Shown: positions 56,801 through 64,000 of the stretch, piece by piece | Position numbering within the stretch: the stretch's first letter is position 1 | How the letters are laid out: each line of letters begins with the position of its first letter | From: Abditibacterium sp. | GTDB taxonomy: Bacteria > Armatimonadota > Abditibacteriia > Abditibacteriales > Abditibacteriaceae | Reading direction: 5' to 3' | NCBI GenBank assembly: GCA_965246885.1 | Contig: OZ251992.1 | Span: 2,624,001 to 2,688,000, forward strand | DNA length: 64,000 nt | Notes under the pieces: model-generated | Seen by the model: the letters and a program-made list of their open reading frames with translations, nothing else | Databases searched by the model: none | What the model was told of the DNA's origin: nothing | Translations under genes and position numbers: made by a program

Positions 56801-58855
56801 ATAAACGAAGTGCCCGCCCGCCGTAAAGGTGCACGCGCCATGCGCGGGCGCCCGTGCCAAAATGCTGACAAGAGCGGCAGTTTCGGCGGCGCTGTCCGCG
56901 TCGTTGACGGGCAAGGTGCCCACAAGCGGCGTTTCTTCGGGGGTCGTGAAGACCGTCGAGATGGCACCGATGGTGGGCGCGTGGTTGACGTGCGCGACAT
57001 GAAGCAGAACGGGAATCGGGTTCGAGGTGCCCGCGCTGTTGGTCGCGGTGTAAAAGAAGGAGTCGTCGCCGTAATACAGCGCGGCGGGGGTATAGGTGAA
57101 ACCCCCATCGGCGCCAACGGTCACTTGACCGTGCGACGGGCCAGATAGCAGCGCGGCAGTTTGCGGCTGACCGTGCCCATCATCATTGGCGAGCAGACCC
57201 AGAGCGGGCACTGCGAGTGGCTGCTCTTCATTTAGGCTGTACTCGTCCGATGCCCCCACTGGCGCGATACCGACGGTGAAGTTGTGGCTGACGAGCGGGC
57301 TTGCATTTCCGTAGCGATCGTAGGCGCGCGCCGTCAGGGTGTATTGCCCCAACGGAAGTTGCGCACCCGTTGGCAAGCCCGTCGTGCGCGCCCAAGTGGT
57401 ATCGGAGCGTGGCGCGAGATAAGCCACGCCCGCCGCCCACGCCGTGCCGTTCCAGTACTGCGTCGCGGTGCCGACGATCCGGCTCAGCGTCACGTCCACG
57501 CGCCCGACACCGCTTGGAACCGCCACCCCAGTTGCCGCGTCGGTCGCGGTGCCCGCGACCCGGCTCAAGCTCCGAATATAGGCCCCGTTAAGCGGCGCGT
57601 CGAGCGTCACCAAAGGCTTGGTCTTGTCTATCGGAACGACCGAGAAGGTGTTCGTCACGCTCGCGGCGTTGCCACTGCGGTCAACAGCCGAAACGCGCAC
57701 GCTGTATTTGCCAGAGGGAAGGTTTGCGCCCGATGGCAAGCCGGTGTTGATGTTCCAAACCCCGTTGGGTGACGAAAGGAGCAGCTTGGTGCCCACGCTC
57801 CACGCCGTTCCGTCCCAACTCTCGGTCGCGCCCGTCCACGTCCGGTAAAGTTGCACCGTCACGCGCTGGAGACCACTTGCCCCCTGACCGGGAGCGGGCG
57901 CATCCGTCGCGGTGCCCGCCACCAGCGTCAGTTCCGTCAACGCCGCATTCGCCGCAGGAGAAGCCAGCGCGATTGTGGGCTTGGTCGTGTCGTTACCAAC
58001 CGTGATGTTCCGGGCGGCGCTCGAAGCGTTGCCCGCGCGGTCAAGGGCGGTCGCGCGCAGGGCGTACAACCCTATTGGCAAGTTCGCGCCCGTCGGCAGT
58101 TGCGTGCCGAAACTCCAACGCCCCGCGCTGATTTGACCCGGCACAAAAGCGTCTCCCACGCTCCAATCGGTGCCGTTCCACGTTTCCGTCGCGCCGCTCC
58201 ATGTGCGCGTCAAGCGCAGTTGCAGTTGGGCGATGCCGCTTCCGCTTGCGCCGTCGCTACAAACACCGCCCGCGCCCGACAAATCGGGCACCGCCGCGAC
58301 GGGCGCATCAATGGTCAGCGCGGGCGCCGTCGCGTCCACGCGAAAGTGCGACGACGCGCGGCCAGTCTGCCCCTTGTCGTCACTCACTTGAACATCGAGC
58401 GCATATGGCCCGTCGGGAAGCGTGCCCGCAGCAAACGAGAGCGGTAGCGTCCACGCGGTGCGCGCGCCGTTCAGCGTTGCAGTTAGCGGAGCCGGAGCCG
58501 CCGCCCAAGCGGTGCCCGACCAGACCAACCCATCGCCGCGCGTCAAAAGCGGCGACACACCCACGAGCGCCCGTCCGCGCCCTGCGCGCACCCCACCCGC
58601 AAGCGAGGAAAAAGAGCGCACGATCTTTCCATCGGCCACAGACGAGATGGATACGGTGGGCGGCGAAAGGGGAATCGGCGTGGCTGTGGGCAGTGGCGTC
58701 GGCGTCGGCTTGGGCGTCGCCGTTGGCCTTGGAGTTGCAGTGGGTTTTGGAGTCGGCGTGGGAGCCGAAAACGCGGGCGGAGTGGCCAAAACTGCGCACA
58801 GGGCCGCAGAGAACCCGAAAAGCACGCTCAATTTGCCAGAAGAAAGGGATGGCAT
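53831..58855 (-). CDS. Large exported multi-Ig-domain surface protein
   Basis: Signal peptide; PTPT linker; four W.GT.W Ig-like repeats; three tandem-95/cadherin-like repeats (FTYTP, GDDSF); four DIT..ITG.GW.T repeats; C-terminal Big_1-like domain. Confidence 0.85.
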   Translation of the reverse strand: MPSLSSGKLSVLFGFSAALCAVLATPPAFSAPTPTPKPTATPRPTATPKPTPTPLPTATPIPLSPPTVSISSVADGKIVRSFSSLAGGVRAGRGRALVGVSPLLTRGDGLVWSGTAWAAAPAPLTATLNGARTAWTLPLSFAAGTLPDGPYALDVQVSDDKGQTGRASSHFRVDATAPALTIDAPVAAVPDLSGAGGVCSDGASGSGIAQLQLRLTRTWSGATETWNGTDWSVGDAFVPGQISAGRWSFGTQLPTGANLPIGLYALRATALDRAGNASSAARNITVGNDTTKPTIALASPAANAALTELTLVAGTATDAPAPGQGASGLQRVTVQLYRTWTGATESWDGTAWSVGTKLLLSSPNGVWNINTGLPSGANLPSGKYSVRVSAVDRSGNAASVTNTFSVVPIDKTKPLVTLDAPLNGAYIRSLSRVAGTATDAATGVAVPSGVGRVDVTLSRIVGTATQYWNGTAWAAGVAYLAPRSDTTWARTTGLPTGAQLPLGQYTLTARAYDRYGNASPLVSHNFTVGIAPVGASDEYSLNEEQPLAVPALGLLANDDGHGQPQTAALLSGPSHGQVTVGADGGFTYTPAALYYGDDSFFYTATNSAGTSNPIPVLLHVAHVNHAPTIGAISTVFTTPEETPLVGTLPVNDADSAAETAALVSILARAPAHGACTFTAGGHFVYTPSALYSGDDSFDVQVSDGVALSNVATVPVTVTFVNHPPVIQMPATTFTTPQNTLLHLLLHAADAEGDALTYRITALPSHGTLNGSGAAVDYLPAQDYVGDDTFTFVANDGQADSAPATISIHVQSGGGHSGDADGVDLSIRRPWLGSASWVGEGVVNATGQDQTIAGTTYGNTYQGIPALFELKLKNTGTVARQFTLLGPGYGSDGWITNYQVFGADGTQDYSAGWQITTDQGWLTPSLSPGATLVVEVNVAAQSWVTPLPTNTTLLFQAFVATGQPLATSPTDAVAANVTYQQTAQYLADLRIVSNTSGTARGADSYNPLPDAPNAYNQFETVSDVAPTGVTRAYTVQLQNNGLAADSFRLSLVGAVPAGWTVSLFDAATGGNDITSQLTGTGWQSRSVAAGAEMDLRLECTPSVAASLTSALPASVRAISVHDGNSVDVVTASVTRAKATLDLQVAPTSAKDTGVGAGVLNATGAGQTFAANTNVGQKVTAYVSGLSSIAGAPIILQAPPALAGWDAHYFDDASGNEVTAAITGAGWTTTTFQDGYYAPFRVPTLRVEITPVAVGTTAPLDSLLISGTAAQENNTSDAVGIAVTRNSVVDLMIASDLSHPYVGQGIANTTGANQRVALSQVEGGTRRMSFNLRVENDGLAPDSFQLTAPGSGDGWIVHYFDALQGGTGGNDITAAITGVGGVGGWTTPLLQPGDGYEIHMEVDPDPANPGQVFRNFLVSAASVADPTATDAVVAGVAFQKIVGVEYSDCQCDGGHWMPAPLLLPGDPTTQPGIPVKSGQILGLRGVPALPDFPWPLDPQVKPLWTNGSDTVTGPTYWLQTSGHRQVISAESGNTVSVALIPDQDVPHKYSVDLVVITPYLRIGGGADGQTTLTATVTDETGATQSGMTVRFRAYFADGTSAGNLGGSGADHNLAVTDAGGVATISLASDGREGPVMVEAIALLNGAPAPVFLEPGEPQVGPQLLGFYDAHPAPTTP

Positions 58856-59056
58856 GGGAACAAATGGGCGAAAAATAGGGATGGCTCACGCCCATAATGA
58901 CAAGAAGGCGCAAACTTTCAGAGGGAGCATAGCAGGTGAAACCAACGGCGGCAAGGGGATAACTGCGCCGCGTCTCCAAAAGACTCGCTCACTCTTAGCC
59001 CTGTCTTACAGCACAAGCGGCACCGCCAAGATTTCCGCCTTTCCCGCCGCAAGGGG

Positions 59057-59224
59057 CGTCTGCCACTCGTCCACCGCCCTCCCGGAATCATCCGCCGCCC
59101 TCTGTCGTTCTCTCGCCGCCATGCGCCACCGGGCGACAAACGTCTGCCATCCCTTCACAGACGTCTGCCACTCGTCCGCCGCCCTTCCGGAGCCGCCCGC
59201 CGACGTCTGGAAGTGCATCACCAG
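59057..59224. repeat. Degenerate 21-bp tandem array (8 units)
   Basis: CGTCTGCCACTCGTCCACCGC (59057), CGTCTGCCATCCCTTCACAGA (59141), CGTCTGCCACTCGTCCGCCGC (59162). Confidence 0.8.
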
Positions 59225-59275
59225 AACCGGTCAGAAGGCAAGTGCACTTCGAGTGCGCTTTTCATGCTTCCATTT

Positions 59276-62200
59276 CTACTTCCCGCCCAGCGCGTCGGGT
59301 TCCATGCGCAATAATCGTTCGACCGTCGAGCGTAGGGTCGCGTTGTTGGAGCGGCTTTTGACAAGGGCCGCCGCGACGGAGCGCCCCGCGATGCCCTCGG
59401 CTTCTTGGGCGGAAAAGAGGGCGACGGGAACGGGCGGAGTTTGCGCGGCCAAAAGCGGCAATAACTCCAAGCCGTCCCCATCGGGCAAGCCGATATCCAA
59501 AAGCACCATGTCGAACCGCTCGGCGCGCAGCAGTTCGCGCGCTTCTTGGAGGGTGGCGGCTTCGCGGACTTCGACTTTGGAACCCAGCACCGCGCGCGTG
59601 ACGTGGCGGATGTCGGCGTCGTCCTCGACATGCAGGATGCGCGCGCGGCCATTCGGCCCGGTCTTAAGGCGCGCGAGGGCGCCCTGCAAGCTGGCCGAGT
59701 CCACCGGCTTTTGCAGCCAGTCGAGGACATCGAGCGCTTCGTTGCCCGCTTTGCGGGCGTCGGAGTAGGCCGACACGACCACGACGGGCAGGTCGAACCC
59801 CTCGCTACGCAGCTCCTCCAAGAACTCCAAGCCATCGCCATCGGAGAGCGACAAGTCCAGCGTCATAGCGTCGAAGGAGTCGCGCCCCAACGCCGCGCGC
59901 GCGGTCGCTAAGTCGGGCGCTTGCGTCACGTCGAAGCCCTGCGCTTCAAGTGTCACGCCCAAGTAAAGGGCGACGTCGAGGTCATCCTCGCAGATGAGAA
60001 GTCGCTCGCGCCGCGCGGCTTGGGCCGAAACCGAAGCGGACGTGTCGGGCGCCAATGGCAACCAGAAGTTGAACGAGTGCGGCGCTCCGGTTGCAGGGTC
60101 GGGCGGCGTATAGCGAAGCACGCCGCCCATCTTTTCGATGATGGCGCGCGAGATGGCGAGGCCCAATCCCGTCCCGCCCGTCGCGCGCGTGGCGGACGCA
60201 TCGGCCTGCGCGAACCGGGAAAACAAGCGTGGCACGAACTCCGGCGGCACACCCGCGCCGCCATCGAACACTTCGACGCATACCCAGTCGGCTTTCCCTG
60301 CCCCCAAAGCGGCCTCCGCGATACCCGCCGCGCGCACGGCATTTGCGCCTGCACCCGTTCGTGCACCGACGCGACGCGCATGGACACGCACCTGTCCTCC
60401 GGCGGGCGTGAACTTGGCCGCGTTGGACAGCAGGTTGGCCATGACCTGCCCCAAGCGCGCCTCGTCGCCCTCCATACAAAGCGCTTCGCCCTCGCCCTGC
60501 TCGAAGGCGAGCGAGACGTCCAGATTGGCCGCGTAGGGCGTGTTGGCTTGCAGGGCGGCGCGCACGATGTCGCCGAGGTCGAGCGGCGCGGACTCGAACT
60601 TGAGGCCGCCGCGCTCGATCTTCTCAATGTCGAGGATGTCGTTGATAAGTAGCACCAGCCGCTCGGCGTTCTTGTAGGCGATGGAAATCATTTGCGTCGC
60701 GCGGTCGGGCAATTGGCCCGCGACGCCGCCACTCAAAAGGCCCAGCGCGCCGCGAATGGAGGTGAGCGGCGTGCGCAGTTCGTGCGACACGACCGACACG
60801 AACTCGGACTTGAGCTTCTCGACGCGGCGCGACTCGGTGAGGTCGGTGCCGATAAAAACGAAGCCCGCGACCTCGTCGTTCTCGCCGCGTAGGGGCGACA
60901 GCGACAACTTCATCGGAAAGCGCGTGCCGTCGGAGCGAATCCCCGTCCACTCCCGCTCCTCGCGCCCCGCTTCAAGCGCGGGCAAAGTGAGCGCTTCCCA
61001 AAGCGAGACGGCGCGCTTTAGCGATTCCAACTCTTGGGCGCGCGCTTCAAGTTCCTCAGCCGCCACCAGTAGCGGAGCACGCACCAAGCCGCACACCGCG
61101 CTGGCGGGCAGGAGCAGCATCTCTTCGGCGGCGCGGTTGAATGACTGAATTAACCCATCCGCGTCGCACGAGAAGATGGCATAGGACGCGCTGCCCAAAA
61201 TGGCGCGCTGCATCTGCGTCGTCTCGCGCAAGGCGCGCTCGGCCAGATACCGCTCGGTGATGTCGGCGAGAGTGCCCGCAAACCCCTCGAACTCCCCGTC
61301 TTCGCTGGTCAGGGGTCGCACGAACACTTCCATCCAGCGCACCTGCGCACTCGCGGTCTGATAACGGGCGGTCATGCGGCGCGGCGCGTTCTCGTTTGTC
61401 GCTACGGCCTGCGCGTGCGCGTGCACGGCGTCTAAGTCGTCGGGGTGCAGGAACTCGCTGGCACTCCGGCCCAAGGACTCCTCAATGGAGTAATCCATGA
61501 TCTCGCTCCACGCGGCGTTGAGAAACACCCAGCGCGCGTCGCGGTCTGTTTGGAAGATGACCTCCGTCACCGAGTTAACGACGCCGCGATAGCGCGCCTC
61601 ACTTTGCTTGAGAGCCACCTGCGCACGAGCGCGCTCCGTCACGTCCACCAGCACACCGACCATACCCACAATGTCCCCCGCCGCGTCGCGCACCGGGCGA
61701 CGAAAGACGTCGAACTCTTGCCCGTTCAAGCGCGAGGGGCCATCGGTCATCTCACCCCGGAGAGTGCCGCGCACGCCGCGCGCGGACTGCGAGTTCTCGC
61801 CGGTAATTTGCCCGATGGTGCGCCCAACCATAGACTGCGCGGTGAACCCCAACCCGTCGAAACCGCGCCCCGCCGCGAAGGTGCAGCGTTCGTCCAAGCC
61901 CGCCGCGTAAAGGCCAATGGGCGCGTTGTTTACAACGGTCGCCAGCAGTTGCTCGTTCTGGCGCGCGCGCTCTTCCGAGCGAACCCGTTCCAACAGCGTG
62001 GCCAACAGCGACGCGAACAAGCGCCCCAATTCGGGACGCGCCTCACCGGGAGCGCCCACCCACTCCCCCGACACAAACAGCGCGCCCAACAAACGCTCCC
62101 CTGCCAGCAGCGGAAACGCCACCGGAGGCAGCGCCTCGCCCGCCCTTGCCTCGCGCGCGTCCACCAAAGGCAGAGGCACCGGCAGGATGTTCCACCGCTC

Positions 62201-63601
62201 GCCCGCGTTGGCGCGCGCGGCAGGCAGCAATTCGGGCGGAATCGCCATGTGGCGGTGCGCGATGGACTGCACGCTTCCCTCCGGTGTAAGCGCGTAGGCG
62301 CCCTGAAGCTCTGGGGGGATGGCGCCGTTTTGCGGTTCGCGCGCGTCGCTAAAGAGCGTTTGTTCTTCCTCTATAATCCACAACTGGCAATCGCGCCACC
62401 CCAAATCGGACGCCGCCAATTCGGTGGCCAAGCGCAGAAGGTCGTCCGCCGCCCGCGCTTCGATGAGCCGGTCGGCGATGCGCACCGTCGCGTGCAAACC
62501 GTCGAGCATCTCTTGACGCCGCGCTTCTTCGCGCACGCGCGCCGACACGTCGCGCGCCGTCGTGTGGAACTGCGTCACCCGCCCGCTTTCGGGGTGGACG
62601 ACCGCGTGGCCAACCAACTCCAGCCATACCCAAGAGCCATCCTTGCGCCGCGCCCGCACCGCGCGCACGCCTTTCTCCCCCGTTTCCAGCCACTCTCGAA
62701 ACGAAAGCGCGGCGGAAAAGTCGGCTGGGTGAAACAAGTCGCGCGGTGACTGGCCGACCAACTCCTCCGGCGCGTAACCCAGCATCGGAAGCGCGGCGGG
62801 CGAAAGATACAAGAACCCCCCGTCCGCCCCGTGCGCGCAAATTAGGTCGAGCGAATCGTCGGCGAGGTGGCGATACGATTCCTCGGACGCCCGCAACTGC
62901 TCCTGCGTTTGCATGCGCGCTGCGACTTCATCGCGCAAACGCCCGTTGGCGAGCAATATCTCGCGCGCCGCCAACTCCTGCGCGCGCGCGCCGCGCCACA
63001 ACAGGCCAAACAGAGCGCCCGCGAACGCGATGCCCAGCAAACTACCGAGCGTGAGCGCCTGCGTCACGGTGCGCTGCGTTTGATCTTGGGCGTGGCCCCG
63101 CACCACCAGCAGTTGCCGCTCCGTGTCGCCTATTGTCTCCAACTCGCCTTGCAGGTCGCTGAGCAACTCGCGCGCTCTTGGCGCCCCAGAGCGTAGCAGG
63201 GCCGACGGCGTCCTGATGGGCAACTCCCACGCGCGCAGGTCGGCCTCCAACTGGTAGAGCCGCTTTTGTTGAAGCGGATTATCAGCAGTCAATTCCTCGA
63301 TATGTCGCAGCAACTCGCGCGACTTGCGCCCTGCCCGCAGCGCCCTCTCGCGGTCTGGCTCCTCCTCCGAAGAAAGCGCCCGATTGCGCAGATCGCCCTC
63401 GTCGTCAAGGGCCGTTCGCAACGCCGCGATGGGCATCAGCACTTGGTAGGTATGCACATTCCACGCATTAGCGACGCCCAGCCGGTCGAGTTGTAGGCGG
63501 GACAACCACGCCAAAACCCCCATCATCGAAAGCAACAGCGCGCCCGCCAATAGCAGCGCGTTCCAACGCCCTCCAGCGCGCGCAGAAAAAGGTGAAGACA
63601 T
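59276..63601 (-). CDS. Hybrid sensor histidine kinase (CHASE3, PAS x4, GAF-like, HisKA, HATPase, two REC)
   Basis: WNVHTYQV...LTADNPLQQ CHASE3; HPAD/HPDD PAS; SHELRTPL; NLLSNAAKF; GGTGLGLAI; two receivers. Confidence 0.93.
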   Translation of the reverse strand: MSSPFSARAGGRWNALLLAGALLLSMMGVLAWLSRLQLDRLGVANAWNVHTYQVLMPIAALRTALDDEGDLRNRALSSEEEPDRERALRAGRKSRELLRHIEELTADNPLQQKRLYQLEADLRAWELPIRTPSALLRSGAPRARELLSDLQGELETIGDTERQLLVVRGHAQDQTQRTVTQALTLGSLLGIAFAGALFGLLWRGARAQELAAREILLANGRLRDEVAARMQTQEQLRASEESYRHLADDSLDLICAHGADGGFLYLSPAALPMLGYAPEELVGQSPRDLFHPADFSAALSFREWLETGEKGVRAVRARRKDGSWVWLELVGHAVVHPESGRVTQFHTTARDVSARVREEARRQEMLDGLHATVRIADRLIEARAADDLLRLATELAASDLGWRDCQLWIIEEEQTLFSDAREPQNGAIPPELQGAYALTPEGSVQSIAHRHMAIPPELLPAARANAGERWNILPVPLPLVDAREARAGEALPPVAFPLLAGERLLGALFVSGEWVGAPGEARPELGRLFASLLATLLERVRSEERARQNEQLLATVVNNAPIGLYAAGLDERCTFAAGRGFDGLGFTAQSMVGRTIGQITGENSQSARGVRGTLRGEMTDGPSRLNGQEFDVFRRPVRDAAGDIVGMVGVLVDVTERARAQVALKQSEARYRGVVNSVTEVIFQTDRDARWVFLNAAWSEIMDYSIEESLGRSASEFLHPDDLDAVHAHAQAVATNENAPRRMTARYQTASAQVRWMEVFVRPLTSEDGEFEGFAGTLADITERYLAERALRETTQMQRAILGSASYAIFSCDADGLIQSFNRAAEEMLLLPASAVCGLVRAPLLVAAEELEARAQELESLKRAVSLWEALTLPALEAGREEREWTGIRSDGTRFPMKLSLSPLRGENDEVAGFVFIGTDLTESRRVEKLKSEFVSVVSHELRTPLTSIRGALGLLSGGVAGQLPDRATQMISIAYKNAERLVLLINDILDIEKIERGGLKFESAPLDLGDIVRAALQANTPYAANLDVSLAFEQGEGEALCMEGDEARLGQVMANLLSNAAKFTPAGGQVRVHARRVGARTGAGANAVRAAGIAEAALGAGKADWVCVEVFDGGAGVPPEFVPRLFSRFAQADASATRATGGTGLGLAISRAIIEKMGGVLRYTPPDPATGAPHSFNFWLPLAPDTSASVSAQAARRERLLICEDDLDVALYLGVTLEAQGFDVTQAPDLATARAALGRDSFDAMTLDLSLSDGDGLEFLEELRSEGFDLPVVVVSAYSDARKAGNEALDVLDWLQKPVDSASLQGALARLKTGPNGRARILHVEDDADIRHVTRAVLGSKVEVREAATLQEARELLRAERFDMVLLDIGLPDGDGLELLPLLAAQTPPVPVALFSAQEAEGIAGRSVAAALVKSRSNNATLRSTVERLLRMEPDALGGK

Positions 63602-63712
63602 AACGACACAGCGCCCCAGAACGCGCCCCTCAAGCCCAGACGCCAACGGCAGAGTTCAGTGTGGCCTGTTCTTACGGCATGGCTCCAATTCATCCCGCCA
63701 CATACCCACCGC

Positions 63713-63742
63713 TTGACAGGAGGACGGGAGCGGGGCTAAAAT
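63713..63742 (+). promoter_or_regulatory. Putative sigma70 promoter for tRNA-Gln
   Basis: TTGACA-18 bp-TAAAAT about 15 bp before the tRNA. Confidence 0.6.
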
Positions 63743-63757
63743 TAAGAGCGACGAATT

Positions 63758-63829
63758 TGGGGTGTAGCCAAGTGGTAAGGCACCGGTCTTTGGATCCGGC
63801 ATTCGGAGGTTCGAACCCTCCCTCCCCAG
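63758..63829 (+). tRNA. tRNA-Gln(TTG)
   Basis: TGGGGTGTAGCCAAGTGGTAAGGCA-CCGGT-CTTTGGA-TCCGG...GGAGGTTCGAACCCTCC-CTCCCCAG; CCA not encoded. Confidence 0.95.
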
Positions 63830-63841
63830 CGATAACTGCCC

Positions 63842-63877
63842 AAAGCGCCGTAGTTCCGATGAACTGCGGCGCTTTTT
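63842..63877 (+). terminator. Rho-independent terminator after the tRNA
   Basis: AAAGCGCCGTAGTTC-CGAT-GAACTGCGGCGCTTT then TT. Confidence 0.75.
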
Positions 63878-63968
63878 CGTCGCGGTACGCTTCTCCCCCG
63901 ACTTTGGGCCGGTGTTGGCACTTCAATCGCATCTGAAGAAGGATCTCCGACTCAGGAGCACCCTTATC

Positions 63969-64000
63969 ATGGCACGACTCGAAGGCGAAAAGAAATCCCC
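63969..64000 (+). CDS. Start of an ORF running off the window
   Basis: AGGAG RBS then ATG GCA CGA CTC GAA; too short to identify. Confidence 0.4.
   Translation, partial: MARLEGEKKS

Noticed and set aside
53852..57148. Long plus-strand ORFs (623 aa, 348 aa)
   Set aside because: Antisense shadows of the Ig-repeat gene
58670..58770. PTPTPKPTATP repeat as a 21-bp family member
   Set aside because: Period is about 18 bp; ordinary Pro/Thr linker
58422..59768. 448-aa plus-strand ORF across the array
   Set aside because: Overlaps two real minus-strand genes in antisense; no protein-like features
63758..64000. tRNA-anchored integrative element
   Set aside because: No duplicated tRNA 3' end or integrase within the window; cannot assess beyond the edge

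Overview
High-GC bacterial chromosome segment; gene content and style suggest Armatimonadota/Abditibacteriota (inference only). It is mostly housekeeping and metabolic genes: ilvN, aroC, ppa, argB/argD/argF/argG, alr-cdaA-ybbR, tatA, tRNA-Gln, an M16 peptidase, a GH78 rhamnosidase, a hybrid histidine kinase and a large Ig-repeat surface protein. The minus-strand arg cluster is broken up by accessory genes: a RelE-type toxin-antitoxin pair, an intact 855-bp IS982-family element with TIRs and a TGATA target duplication, an AT-rich HNH + DGQH-motif gene (candidate defence nuclease), orphan immunity-like genes and a nucleotidyltransferase-like pair. The most unusual signal is non-coding: at least seven intergenic degenerate tandem arrays plus one in-frame array, mostly unrelated in sequence but all with a 21-bp period, six of them at or just past a stop codon. 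There are also two families of long dispersed inverted repeats (REP/REPIN-like). A PASTA kinase looks catalytically degenerate and a sigma-54 activator lacks its HTH. All family calls come from motifs recognised by eye; no searches were run.
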